DNA from: Marsupella aquatica
Taxonomy: Eukaryota; Plantae; Marchantiophyta
DNA: 64,000 nt
NCBI GenBank assembly: GCA_973895155.1
Contig: OZ316898.1
Span: 13,296,230-13,360,229, forward strand
Reading direction: 5' to 3'
Numbering within the stretch: position 1 is the first letter of the stretch; each line of letters starts with the position of its first letter. Below, piece by piece: positions 27,118 through 41,083 of this stretch. Below the pieces are notes generated by a model. The model saw nothing but the letters and a program-made list of their open reading frames with translations. It had not been told where the DNA came from and did no database searches. Position numbers and translations under genes: made by a program.

Positions 27118-27452
27118 AGTGATTGTTTGAATGGTTTTGGCCACAAAAAATTGAAGGGCCCACAATTGGTGTGTTGACCCAACTTTAGTTGATAAAGTTG
27201 CAGGACCACATAGGATTATGTGCTCACGCCCTTGGTGAAAGCAAGCTAAACTCAGAGATTTTAAAAAAATATGGAACTTAACAATTAGTGATCAATGACA
27301 TGCGTAGCAGCACACAGATCTAGTCAGAAGGCAAGTTATTTTCCTTGAAAAGAAGGCAAGTTATTTTGGATGGCGAAGGTGTCAAAGATTTTGACAAAAA
27401 GAGAAGACATTTCGGAATGAATCAAAATCACGTGGTACATGTAATAGAAAAT

Positions 27453-27465
27453 CACTAGTAGAAAA
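27453..27465 (+). mobile_element. Possible CACTA (En/Spm) terminus
   Basis: CACTAGTAGAAAA followed by ATGAC/GTCAT-rich sequence; partner end not found. Confidence 0.4.
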
Positions 27466-29055
27466 CCACCCATTTCATGACCAGACCAGTTATGACAGGC
27501 TTGACCATCAAACTGCTCTAATATAACTTGAGTCTTATGGATGTGACCCCATATGACTTGTCAATCACTAATAAGTCTATGTACCTGTCTACGTAAGACA
27601 CTAGAGTATTGAAATTCTGAATAGTGGATAGTCATAGTCATGCAGCTTAGTCTTAGTACGTAATATAAATACCTTTGGTCCAACCATGTCCAATATAGTC
27701 ATAAAATTGACTTGAACATTTTCATTGTGGGATTAAATCCCGTTACTCCCACTTGGGCAACTTTCATTTTACCGTGACCATCCATTTAAACAATGTACAT
27801 GATGTGGTGTGGTTCACATGAACACTACAAAAGACCTTCAATGTCAATTTTTTGGTTTAGGAAAAGATTATGAAAAGACTCTTGGCTTCCTAGCTACTTT
27901 GTGAAGGGTGAACACTAGTCATGATAATGGGCATATGGGGGGAGGGTGTTGGTTGCACAACTAATTTGCCAACCTCTTTACAGCTAACATCCCGCTATAT
28001 TGAACATAGACTCCAAAAATCTTCAAATGCCCTAATGTCTCATTTACACCAAAGTGGGTTGTTTAGGGGGGGTTTATATCTCAAGGCTAGGGGGTGGCCG
28101 GGTTGTCACTAAAAGGGGTTTGGGGGGTTTAGATGTCAAGGGTGGGGGGTTACATCTTAAGGGGATGGGGCGTACGTTTAGGGACCATTGGATGGAGTCC
28201 ATCCCCACCATCCAAAAATTTCCCGTTCTTGCGTCCCGTTCCCCCTTTCTGTTTATGGTATGACATGTCGTCCCTTCCTTTGGTCCTGATCCTTTGGTTG
28301 CCTAGTGCTAGGGTTTTGGTTTTCTGCCTCCACGTTTCCTCGTGCTTTTGTTCCACTTTGAGGTCATTCTAGTGTTGTTAGTCCCGTTGCTGCCCGCCCC
28401 ATTGTTGTGTGTTCCGTTGAAGCCGCTTCAACAAAGGTGATCACTCCTGATGCGAAAGGCATTCAATTTGAGGGAGCTCATTCTTGCTATTGTGGAAGGT
28501 GATTGCTACTCTTTGTAGAAGGTGATGAAAGCGGACTTGAAGGGAGGTGATCGCTCTGTTCTATAAGGTGGACTATGGAGCTCACAAAGGCAGTGAAAGT
28601 TTAGTCAAGGTAGTTGGGAAGGGGGCAGGAGGAAGTTGGGAAGGGAGCCGGGAAGGGAGCCGAGTTTAGGCCTACAAGATCGGAGCCTGCATTTGCAATA
28701 ACTACAACATTGCAATTGACATTGCAGGATCGGGGTCTGTATTTTGTATCTCCACGTTTGCATAACTCATTCTGCCAATTCATACTCCATTATGCGCCAT
28801 CGCCCTTGCTTCATTGCTGATTTCTCCTTGCCCTCAAAGTACTTATGTTCACTGAGCTGCAGTTGGATAGGAGTTGCAATAGTTATGGTCGAGGAGGAGC
28901 TGTGAACTTGTTTACTCTTTGAAGTTTTGGTGGCTGTGGTGCCCTTTTTTTAGGAGCTTTGAAACAGGTAGGTGATCTCTCTTATTTTCAATTTTAAGGT
29001 TGCGATGTTGTTGTTTAGTTTATAATTGATTCTTTTTCTTAAATTCCATGAGCGT

Positions 29056-30030
29056 TGTCCGGGTGACCGTGTTTTCTGGTAAGAGCATGTTGGCTCTTAT
29101 GAAGTTAACCTTGCATGTCCATAAGTTATACACTAAAACCAAAATGATAACTCTAGTAACAAGGGTAGTGGGTATTAAGAAAGGTTCAGGTGAAACTATT
29201 AAACCCTATTTTACCATACTTGCAGACCAACACATATTGGAAATTAATTTTTTTATGACATGTGATCCTAATATCTCCAAGAAAAATGGAACAAGAATGT
29301 CATCTAGACTTCTATTCAGATCCATGACTTTAATAAAGGACAAAGATAATGCACTCTCACTCCTCTTGATAAGATATTACTGGATATACTATTGGCTCGT
29401 TAGAACCCATAATAGCAACTGCAAATTGAGCTCCAAAATAACAGGTTAAATATTTCTAGATTCGTGGTGGCTCTTTTGTTTCTTTGCTATCCGGGCCAAG
29501 GACGCCCTACCCCTAAGTTTCCAAAGAGATCTTATATTCTAAGGTTCCATCTATAAATCTACCACTTATTCCTTTGCTATCTGTGCCAAAGGACGCCTCA
29601 CTACTATGTTCAAGGTGCAAAGAGCTTCACAACCGTACCTTGAATGATGAAAACTGAGGAATGAGGGGAGAGTGTCTTTCTTCACGTTATTTATAGTGCT
29701 CACCAAGAGGACTGGATCAAGCCCAAACACTTGGATGAAGGCCAGGTGGAAAGCATCTAAGATACAAGAGTGTGCTAGTACTGTAGCCAAAAGATAGTGG
29801 GGAAACTATACACTATACTGTAGCTAGTAGAGCTACTGTAGTCCATACACTATAGCTAGTGGAGCTACTATAGTCCGTACACTATAACTAGTAAAGCTAC
29901 TATAGTCCGTACACTATAGCTAGTGGAGTTATTAAAGTCTAAATCTTATAATCTAACTACTAAATTATTTATATAATCTATAACATATTAAAATAAACAA
30001 TTTTCTATATATTAAAAGAAAATCAGGACA
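29056..30030. mobile_element. Family C solo LTR, copy 2 (975 bp)
   Basis: TGTCC...GGACA termini; 4-bp TSD GCGT at 29052-29055 and 30031-30034; internal ~32-bp tandem ACTATAGCTAGTGGAGCTAC repeats at ~29805-29930. Confidence 0.88.
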
Positions 30031-32167
30031 GCGTGTTTGTAACTCGAGGCGATCAAAGTATGTTTGCAAGCTGTGAACAATCTGGTTGCGCACAATTGCT
30101 GCTTGTCCATACTTGGACCCTTTTGCTGCATCATTGCCCACATTGCTCAGCTCTGATGACTCAGTTCTCTCCTATGTTTGTTCCTTCGATCCCTCTTTTT
30201 GAAGCTGCTCTTTGCATTGTTACTTCATTTGGCCACATAGGCTCTACACAATTTCTATTGTTGTTTCTGTACTCTGTTTCTCTGTTTGTGTTGCATTGAA
30301 TGATCCTGTTGATTGCATTCATAGTTCTCATTTTTTATATTCATTTTAAGAACAATTTTTGATAAGAGTGCTAATATATATGGCAACTATGTAATGGCTG
30401 AATATGAATATTTCCAAAAGTATAATCACTGCAGTTTGATTCCATAATCACTTGTACAATTCAAGACTCTTTCTAGATATTGTAATCGGCAAGAGTGTGG
30501 CCCTTAGTTGTCAAGTTAGTAACTTGTACATCCAAATGCTGAAAGATCAGCAAGGAAGTCAATCGATACCATTTATTTGGCATGTTTTCCACTCTATGAA
30601 TGAATAAACAATCTTGAGGAGAATCTCACCTTTAATGCATCTACTAGATATATCTCAGGCTAATCCAACATCAACACAAACACAATCAGCGGGCTAGATA
30701 TATTTCTTTCAAGAGTTATCCAAGACTTGTGGAAATAGAAGCGTGCAAGATCACGACTATAGACCTTGGGCAAGACTGGAACAAGTTTGACCTCAAAATT
30801 GACCAAAATTGATAATTTTGTGAAGTCCTGCCATGGTCTTGGCTTGCTCTCTGGTCTGGCTTTCTTGCCTTCATGATTATCTGACCATCCCATTTTGCTG
30901 AGGTCCCTGGGCCCTCAGCTTATGAAATAACAAAACATACGTGCAAACGTCTGACGGGTATTTTAAATCCATTTTGAAAATAATATTAGAACAAGGTTAG
31001 AATGAACTATGGCACCATATATGCTTAGTCTAGGTTAGAAGGAATGGAGACTATTGTGAATTTGGTTGCCCGTTACATTAGCTGGTGGGGTATGTAAAAA
31101 ATCCATGATAGGTGTCAGCATTTTATTGGTCCACGTGTTGTAGTCTTATTGGTTTGGGTATGTGATAGGGTCAGTCTCTCGTACCAGTTCTCACACAAGA
31201 ACCCTAAATCCCCTCCCCAACCCTATCGTATTTGGGTGTGACCTGGGTTGAATGTGGGTTTTGGGTTTTGGAGCCATTCAATGGGAGGTTGCCCTAGAAT
31301 GGACAGCCCAATATGAAGAAGATGCCTATATGCATCCCCTAATTAAACCTTGTTTTTATAACAAATGAAGGGTATTTTAAATTCCACAATATCAAAGATT
31401 ATAATAACCTAGGAGGATTTTATATAAGACTAAAATTTGTTTTTAGAACTAACAAGATAGACTTAAATGTTCCTCCGAAATGTAACAAGGGGTACCTGGG
31501 GAGGCTTTGGTCACAGGTATATCTCATTACATCACCCTTAGTGAGGGCCCAGGGGCTGAGGTATGTTTCAGCATTCATGAATGAAGTTCAAGTCCGATAA
31601 TGAGACCTTGTGTGGTAGTTGACTGAGCTGTAGTTTCCGACAACACAATTTATAGCCTTTACTAAAATCATGTGGCAACTACGTAATGGCTGAATATGAA
31701 TGTTTCCCTTTGCCCTCAAAGCATGCTGCTAAGATTGAGTAGCACATACCATTATTAGCCATCTACAAGCTTGTTACATTGTCTATCTTTTGAGCAATGC
31801 TGGTTAATTGCCTAAGCTATTGTGTTGCCTGAGCTGCTTTGTTTGCTGAGCAGCTCAAAGAGTTGCAGTCAAGGAGGTGCTAAAGGCAAGGAGAAGTTGT
31901 TGTTGGGGATGACCTGTGTCCCATGCATGGTTGCAGGTCAGTCAACTACAGCTGGTTGCCAGAGCTACAGGTTAGTCTTCTGCATCTTAAACCAAAACCA
32001 TGTTTTGTGCTGCTAACTACCACACAAGATCTCGTGCCATTGCTTGTTGGTGCAGCGTCAAACCAAGTCTTTAGGTACCATCCTATTCTAAAGGGCTTCC
32101 AACAGGGCTAGCTGTGACCAAAACCCCTGCATTGTCTCCAGCACTAGAGCCCTAGCATGGCTGGAAT

Positions 32168-32461
32168 CTTGGGGGTCTCACTATATGGATGCCTCTTCAT
32201 CACTTGCGATGTTTTTAGGCCTCAGACCCCCTAAAATGTAAGAAAAAAATATTTTTCAACCCCTATAAAGTTAGAATATTCTTGGAATATTCCAAAATAT
32301 TGGTTATAAGGACCCTAATGTTTTTATGATTCTCAAAATTTGATTTAAAAGACCCTATTGTTTTTCTCAAAAAATTCTTAAGTTCTCCCTTTGAACCAAT
32401 AAAATGACCCTATACTTCGTCGCACGTGATGTGCTATTTTTGTGGAAGTGAAACCCCCAAG
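32168..32461. mobile_element. MITE family E, copy 3
   Basis: 15-bp TIR CTTGGGGGT(C/T)TCACT; 8-bp TSD GCTGGAAT at 32160-32167 and 32462-32469. Confidence 0.88.
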
Positions 32462-33366
32462 GCTGGAATTGCATTTGTTTTGTCCTCTTACACTGAGTAG
32501 TTTGTTAGGTCGGTGGCAGTTTTCATTGTTTTATCCTGTGTGCTCGACCCAGTCAAGGAAAGTCTAATAGAATTATCTCGTCTTACCTATTTTCATGTAA
32601 GACTTGTATGCTTGTGCTTTGATTTTAGGAATGTAATGAGTTAACTTTCACGGGTCTCATGTTGTCAATTATAGTCATGGTTCTAGTCCTATGTGTAGAC
32701 CGCATTTGCCTGAGGTCGAGTTAAAATTTTGACCACTTGGTCAAAGAATACTTCAATATGCGGTAGTGAACTAGACTAATGAGTAATTTTGGGTCATAAA
32801 GTTATGATCATTATTGTGATACGGGCAACATGTCACTTAACCGAACGCAGGTCATAGATTAGGATTTATACGGCCATTAGGACCATAGCCGTAGCGTCGA
32901 ATAGCACGAATAGTCGTCTTTGCCATTATGAATAGATTAGGAGTAGGTTAGTTGACCAAATGATTACGAATTAAGGAAGAGGATTATTACGCTCGACCGA
33001 GGTACGGTGGCGACGGCAGAATAAAAATCTATTAGGAGAATCATGCTTGGACCAAGACGCCGACTTCAGCTCATTATCAACGACCAAAACGGCCTTGCCC
33101 TCTCACGCTCGAGCTCACCCTAGCACCCCTATAAGAGCGGAGTCGATGGCGCTGTGGGTCATTTGCTCATTTCTACCTTTCGGGATTCGCGGATGCTGCC
33201 ATTCACTCTCGCCTCTGGCTCAAATCAAGCTGACCTTTATGAGGAAGTTATCAAGGAATAAGAGCGGATTGTGGCAAGATTTAGTCAGGGCGAGTAAGGC
33301 CTCCACCAGCAAGCGGACTGACCGGGCGGGAACACGGACTCAACGAACCAGACTACAAAGGTTAGT

Positions 33367-33720
33367 ATGACCCTTATAGCCTTGGGATTTTGGGCCTTGT
33401 TTGGCGAGGTTGGTGCTAAACTCTCTGAGACTTACTGGTACTCTTGCCCCGAGAAAGCCGCTTATGAACGAAGATACGCGAAGCTGGTGGCCAAAGTAGC
33501 ACAGGTTAACTGTGAGAAGACGGCCACCAACAGGGATTCCAGTTACAACGAGCTGTGGGATTACATCACCGAGCTATATATCAGCGAGGAAGGGTTCAGA
33601 TTGGTGGCAGAGGCAATTCTTGAAATCCTCGCAAAGTTCTTTAGGCTGAGGGGCAGCCAGAGACTGACTCCAGTGGAGTTCGACAAGATTCCGGGATACA
33701 TCGACCAGCAGACCCTTGGT
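33367..33720 (+). pseudogene. Truncated N-terminal domain of an LTR-borne ORF (related to 59608-60129)
   Basis: FGEVGAKLSE...PEKAAYERRY...EAILEIL...FDKIP aligns by eye with FLSIGGHLAD...PRRYEIERKY...EALLRLL...FNHIP; TATA-like CCTATAAG at ~33127. Confidence 0.5.
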
Positions 33721-34086
33721 TTAGGAGGTGTTTGCCAAGATGGAATTAGACGGCTATTCTAAGGTTAGTGAAGTTACTATGTACAACATCTGGAATAATT
33801 CTTTGATAACTTTGACTTTCACAAGGATCAGTCTATTCATTAAAACTGGAAAATTCTTTGATCTTTGGACATTTAGGCACCAAAAAATATATATTTGGGC
33901 ACAAGAATTGTACATTTGGGCAGTGGGAGTTGTACATTTGGGCACCAGATGTTGTACATTTGGAGGATCAAGATTGTACATAGGAGAAAATGAAATATTA
34001 ATTTGGATTCTAAAGAAAAACATTTGGGTGATAATAATGTAAAATATATTGGATAAGAAGTAGAACTTACTTACATTGATTCAATC

Positions 34087-34212
34087 TGACTAATAGAATA
34101 TAACTGTCTAGTAAAGCTTCAATATGATCGCTACCCATATAACTAGTAAAGCTTCAATAATTATGATCTCTACCCATATAACTAGTAAAGCTTCAATATG
34201 ATCTCTACCCTT
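34087..34212. repeat. Three tandem ~36-39-bp units (CTAGTAAAGCTTCAATATGATCTCTACCCATATAA)
   Basis: Directly visible downstream of the transposase stop. Confidence 0.8.
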
Positions 34213-34636
34213 AGCTAGCTAAATTAACCTTCTACTTAGTTACTAATTGAGAGCATTTAATATATTAAATTTGAATGATACCTGGCTTACTATCCATTCA
34301 GACATTCAAGTAATTTGTTACATTCTAAGCAACTCGAGTTGAAACTAAGGTTTACTAGTAAGAGGCAGTCACATCCTATCATGGATATTAAGACTTCATG
34401 TAATATATAGTCTGTATTGATATAATAATTAATTAAAGCAATTATAAAGGTATCCAAGTCCAATTACCTCCACCTATTCAAACTAGTATCCCAAAATATT
34501 ATAATAATTAGTTACTTTAAAAATAGATATACTACTTAGTACTAACCAACAGTAAGTACTAAAGACATCTCTAATTCCAAACTAATTGACATAGACTCCC
34601 TCACTCTGACAGAGTGACTACTAAAAAACATTTGAC

Positions 34637-37600
34637 TTACTCAACAATCCCTTCCATGTAGGTTTTGAGTGTTTTCAAAACATTCTTGGGAATGGTCAAA
34701 CCTCTATCAATTATATTTTCTTCTCTAGAGCGTGACTTGAATCCATACATAGCAGAATTAGCAAATTGCCAACGTTCAGTGGCACTGTCAAACCCAGGAT
34801 CCACCTCCCAAGTCTTAGTGGTCTGAAAGCAACGTGAATATCGCACATGATCCGGTGCATCATGCTTACCATGTTTAGGCCTCCACCATTGCACTTGGAA
34901 CATAGGAGCATACCGTATACTAGTAGGAGAATTCTCATTGCATTACAATTCTCCTGAAGGAACTTCATGGTTTGGGTCCACAACACCCAAAGCTCTCACC
35001 AACTAGAAACGTTCTTTCCCATTCTTCTTATCCCATTCATCCTCTGGATGGAGAAATACAAAGTGACCCTCTTGAATGTCCTGCAGAGGAATCCAACGTG
35101 CAAGTTCTTGCTCGTGTCGAGCGCCAACAAATGTTGCAGCTTGATCCTCCATCTCTTCCAGGTACTCATTTTGAAGCTCCACCATTTCTGGATTCTGTGT
35201 ACTACTACTAGGCTCCCCCAATGGTTCAGAGGTTCCTGTACTATTAACCTTGTAACCAGTTCCGTGGTTGGTTTTTGGCCAGAACTCATATGTCAATGTT
35301 AACTGTATTTCTACCTCCCCTTCAATTGTAAGCTCCCCAGATAATACTTGCACCACCATCTCCCAATATTTCACCAAAGTAAACCGCTCACGATATGCTG
35401 TAGAGGTCTCATCCTTACAACTCTTCTTCAAAAACTCAATGTAATGATTAAGGAATGGGATGGTTTCTTCAACCTTGCCTCGTACATCCCCGGAGATGGG
35501 TTTTGCAAACGGTTGACCTTCTGGTAAAATGAGAGCATTGGTGTTGGAATCAGTTCTCCAAATGGACCTTCCGGTTGGAGGGTACCAAGGTTGTTTCACA
35601 TGTGCTTTGTATTGATAAATTGGAACATTATCTCTCATAGAGAACAGAAATACCACTGGTTTTGAGTGACCCTCTATGTCTTTTACCTTGAAAGTTTTCA
35701 AAAACTCTTTGTAAGCTGCAACCTCTTGGATCAATCGTGGGACAAGATGAATGCTTTCACACTCCCAAACCTCACCCATCAACCCCAAGAGGGTAGAAAA
35801 CTCAGTGTACTTCACTTGGTTGGATACTTTCAAAAACAATGCATCGACATCCTCATGGGTGTGACCAACCATGAGAAACGACATCTGCACTGTTTCAAAA
35901 ACCCCTCTACTAACAAGCTCATTGCAAAATGCCATCATGTACTGGTTTTTGTTATCTTTCCCTGGATTATCTATTTGCAAGGTCAGGTGCCTTGGCAATG
36001 GTTTGAAAGAGGTAGACGTAGCCTTGGGATCAACACCAAAGTCGTCATCCACCACATTTGATAACCCAAGATCTTGGTCATCTTCAGCTCCTTGAAATCT
36101 AGCAATTGAGACTTTTTTGGGTCCTAAGTAACCTGCGAGAAATGCTTCAAAGTCCAAAAGAGATTGAAAAATTGGCCTCGTTGCAGCCCAATATAATCCT
36201 TCAAGGAGGTCTCCAGATTTTTCCCCCTTGTAATCCTCCAGATCTCTAAGGCACTTGGCCAATGATGTCACTGTGAAGTTTGCATCTCCCGGCCAAAGCC
36301 CAGTGAAACTGAAGTGAGCATACACTCCGGGATCCCTTCCATGGGTCAACATCCCAGTGAGCGCAATGGGGAGCGGTTGACCACTACCAGACAATGATTT
36401 AGGAGTGGGGACCAACCTAGGGATCGAAGTCTTGGCTTGGTCCATCTTGTCATGTATAATGCAAAGATAGTTCTCAGGATCCTTCTTCGCAAGAACCCTA
36501 TGAGCATAGTAAACATATCTCCTAGACATTTGCTCACGAAGATGGCCAGCTCTTCTTTCCTCAATCTCTAAATGCTCTTTCTTTCTCTTCTCCCGCATCA
36601 ACTGATCTTTGAACTTAGTGCAAAGTGTACACTTTGCAAATGCACTTCCCTTGTGAAAGTCAAAATTCATGAAGGACTCACTCCAGAGTTTATACATAGT
36701 GTTTTCACTCACCTTCACGTAGCCATCTAATTCCATTTTTGAGTATACCTCCTCAAAAATCTCTTTCTTTGTGAAACAAGATGGAAGTCTGTACTCAATT
36801 GTGTCAGTACCATGAGACCCTCCATAGGGAAGATGCGGCATGGGTTCTCCGTTTTGGGTTAGAATGGACTCCAACAAAGCACAAGCGTGCAAGGTGCTTC
36901 CCCGTGTCTTGTGTGAACCCTTGTTTCCGTGGAATCCAACCGTGCAACCTGCTTCATATTGATTTTTGTAATCATAATACTTGGCAATGCTGAATCCATG
37001 CATTTTAATAAATGCACCCTTGCAAACAAGTCTACTTACAACAAAATATCCTTTTGTCTCCACTTCCTTCTCCCTACAGCCAAAAAGAGTGAGAATGTGA
37101 CTGGTTTTGTTGTCGCTTGACATCCCATGGTATTCCCTCCTTATCGCCTGTAGGTCTTCTCTCGGCATGTTGAGGCAACACTTCAACTTACAACAACCAT
37201 CTCTTTGGATGGAGTCAATTTCCTCCTCTGTGATTTTCAGTATCGCCCGAGACTCCAAGTGCTTCTTCCTTTTTTCATCTGGGTTAACCTTTGTTCTCTT
37301 GATGAAATTATACGGGCGCTTTGAAAACTTAGTGTCACCTTTCATATCTACCTCTAGATGATCTCGACCATCAATAATTGGTTTCGGAGAAACCTCTTCA
37401 ATGAGATCCAGAAGAAAAATACCCCTTGATATCAGCAGAAGTGAACGGATGGCCCACCTAACAAGACCAGGCACTCTTGGGGAGATATTTGGGAAAAATA
37501 GAGGGTCAATCACGCGTGTGACCACAACCCCAACGTGATCTGGCCCAAGAACCTCATCATCAATTGCACCTGACTTGAAAGGAACTGGGATGATGCCAAC

Positions 37601-38350
37601 CCCCACTTTGGTCCGATTATCCTCAACATACAATTCCACCTCCTCGGTCATCCAATTAGAACGCAAACTATAATCCTTGAAATTATAATTTCCAAAAACA
37701 TCCCGTGTGGACAGGTCGTTTAGTATATCTTGGGAAGAACTCCTCCGAGTATCATCCTTTAAATTCCAGAATACAAAAGTGTCCAATGCTTCCTGAATGG
37801 TATCGGCTCCAGCGTGAGGAAAGGGTAACCTCTCCCTTCCTTGAAAAACTTCACATATTTTCACACTAATCCTAGAAGTGCTAAGTCTTTCATTGTGACA
37901 GGTCTCATCGGGATTCGTCTTGAATACAAATCCACGAGCCACAATCTGATTGCCGATACAGAGCTCGACTTCATCGCCAGATATAATCGAGTCTCCCAAA
38001 ATTCCCACCAAAGATTTTTCTGGTACAAAACCGGGAACCGTATCCTTTGTAGAACAAGAGTCATCCATTTGTGTTGTCGCTGGAGTTGACTGTGACTTCA
38101 AATATGCAAAAGAGGCATCCCAAATAATGCAGGAGTCGACAGCATCAAACAGGGTCCGGATCGGCGGCAAAGGGTAAGGAATTTCCCGTGATCCCTCATA
38201 GCACTTCTGAATGAGAACTCCAATACGATTACTTCCCAAATCAACATTACGCACTGAGTCACCCGGGTCAACCTTGAGGATGGTCCCGCAAGCAACTTCC
38301 ACTCCGTCGATTACGAGGAAAACCTCGTCCCCTCGAAAGAAAATCCCCAT
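34637..38350 (-). pseudogene. DUF7869/Sola-like DDE transposase, ~1237 codons, with 3 N-terminal Tnp1/En-Spm-like repeats and two in-frame stops near the C-terminus
   Basis: ORFs 35003-38536 and 34637-34903 share a frame; CCKLKCC, VCKGAF and FAKCTLC Cys motifs; acidic motifs HDKMDQ, LQIDN..KDNKN and VGHTHEDVD; likely ATG at 38350. Confidence 0.85.
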
Positions 38351-41083
38351 TTTGAAAACGTGGTCCAAACCGTTGGATGTAGTTACCTCGAGATGATCTC
38401 GAGGTAAAGTGACTACAAAAACAAACCAAAAAACCCAAGTGTAGAAGTTTATCCCGCAAAACTGTGTGATAGAGAAAATAAGAAACTCTTCTACCTCGAG
38501 ACAATCTCGAGGTAGAAGAGGGACCAAAAACACCAATATGTAAAAATTCAGAAGTATTTAGCTCAAGACGATCTTGAGGTAGAATATGAAATCTCACTAA
38601 ATAGCGAATTCAGATTCTATAACTCCGACTATCTACAAACCCAATTAGAAGAAGGACAACCGAATGCACGATTAGATAGAAGGCAAAAGTTAATAATTTT
38701 GAGGATCAAACTTATGACTCGAGATGATCTTGAGCCAAAAAGGAAATTGTATTTGACAAAGATACTATTATGAATAATAAGCACCCCAAAATAAGAACAT
38801 ATAAATGGCTCTAGATGATCTAGAGGTATGATTTGGTGCAATTAAGAAAGTAGGCTCTCAGTTTACTGAGAAATAGCTTCTAAAAGGCCATCAAATAGAG
38901 GGAAAAGGCTTCCAAATGGATTTTGACCGACATTAGTATAAGCTAAAAAGGTTTGGGTTTCTAAAAGATAGGAGCTCAATTATTTTAGACCTCCTTCAGA
39001 GCTTAAAATGATAATGTCTTGACATATCCTAAACACAAATGCAGAGTCCACAACCCTTAAAAATAACGATAGAAAGAGATCAGAGCAGAAATCTAGAGCC
39101 AGAGAGAGGGAGAGGGAGAGGGAGAGAGAGCAGAGAGAGGCAAAGGGAGCAACGAGCGAGCAGTGAAACGAAATGAGAAGAATGACCCACGGGAGAGCAA
39201 AGAGAAGCAATATATAAAATCCTGACTAACAAAAAGGCCAATCAGACGGCTTGGTTGAACTTGTGGCACGGCTAAACTCGCGATAGAGCTGAAGTACGGA
39301 TAACAATAATGACAACACGTGTGACCATAATAATGACTGTACACACCCAGCAAGTTGCATGGCAGCCTGCTTGAGCCTGCACGAGCCCGTGGCACGCTTG
39401 GCACGACCCTCAAGGCCGACCCCCGAGGGGCTTATAGTGGCTTCAGGGGGTTTGAACTCCCCATTTTCACATTCGCCTCCTCGCCTCCTCGCGTCCCTTG
39501 CCTCCTTGCCTCTAGATTTTTTTGCGCTCTTGCCTCGAGATCCTTGTATTAGCCTCAAGATATTAGAGGGCCAAGATTATTTTTTTTCCTCAAGATTTTA
39601 TAGGGTCAAGATTTTGTGTCTAGGCTCGAGATTTGATAGGGTTGAGATTTTCTGTTTAGGCTCAAGATTTGTTTTTAAGTTCTCAGCCCGTAGTACATTC
39701 CTCTCTTCACCAGCCATGTCGACTGTTGTAGATTTCTCCAAGGAGGACTTCGCTGAGTACAACCTTGCAACCGTTGGGGATGAGCTTCAGACCCATCTAG
39801 ACTCAGCGCATCAGATCCATCGCACCATTAAACGTAATTCATCATCTTTGTTGATTGTTCAGGTTTAACTCGAGATCGTCTCGAGCTTCAATTGGTCCAA
39901 TTGTTTCTGGATTCCTTGGATGCAGTTGAGGCTCGAGATCATTTCGAGCCTATTGATGTTTTCTGCATTACTTTGCTTCAAAATTTTGTGATATCAATTG
40001 ATTTTGCATTTGATGTAAGTGGCATGAGGCTCGAGATAGCCTCGAGCCAATATGCATTTCCTGCATGTTACCTAGTCAGATTTCTTCAAGCTCTTATAAT
40101 TCAAAAGTGAACATCATATCCAAAATATCTAAAATTTCCTTCCTCCAGGGACTTCTCTACCCTCCAACTCGTTCTGATCATTGACATCCGAACGGGTTTG
40201 TGGGTATGAGAAGTCAATGGAGAAAGTGGATTTTAATCATTGATTGAATATGATGTTCATTGTTGAATATGATATTAGGATCACTCGTTTGAGATGTTAG
40301 GCTCGAGATCGTCTCGAGCCAAATATATTCATCACCAACTTCCATTATGTTCATTCGTATCCCTTGATCGATTTCTTCCAGTTGGAAGGACTCCATGTCG
40401 TCTACTTCAATTACTAATATCCTATCCAATATGATCCAACATTGCCTTTTGGACCACTTTCTTAGTCCTCCAACTCGTTTGTGAAGATGACAAACCACTG
40501 AGTTAGAGGGTTTTGAATGTGGTCAAATAAGTGACATTGGATCATTTTTGAATGATTTATGATATGCAATGGAATAAAACCTCAACTGATATATCTGAGG
40601 ATCAAGATCATCTCGAGCCCTTGTATTTTTCTTTTAAACAGATGGTGGCTCGAGATCATCTCGAGCCTCTTGTAGTTCTTGGCTATTGTGTTCTCTTTTT
40701 AGATTTCTGTGATGCCTAGCCAGGAATCACTCGGCCAGTTAAGTGGGTAAAGCAGGAATGCACCCTAGAAACACCTTAGTATAAGGACAAAACAAGGAAA
40801 ATATAAACAATTAGGGGTGACTATGGAACCCGGACCGAGGCCGGAGGTAAGGACGCTGGGGGTGAAAACTTGATTAGGGTTAGGGCGCGCTAAGCGTCGG
40901 CGGCTAGGAAGGATCAACGGAAGGAAGGACCGGAAGAGGAGAGGGGTAAGGACCTCTCGCGAGGAATAGTGGCTCATTTGCAAGAACGAACTGGGCAGAC
41001 GACTACGGGAGGCCAAATGTTGTCAGCTGCTTAGACAAGCACTCGGGGTGGGAACAGATACCAACGATCGACTCAAGGAGGGT

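Noticed and set aside
30380-31710. 35-bp direct repeat (TGGCAACTA.GTAATGGCTGAATATGAAT) and short inverted matches
   Set aside because: No termini, TSD or coding signal to define an element
38351-38536. Hydrophobic N-terminal extension of the 1177-aa ORF as a signal or TM segment
   Set aside because: Non-ATG start in T-rich, palindrome-containing, intron/UTR-like DNA; homology repeats begin after the ATG at 38350
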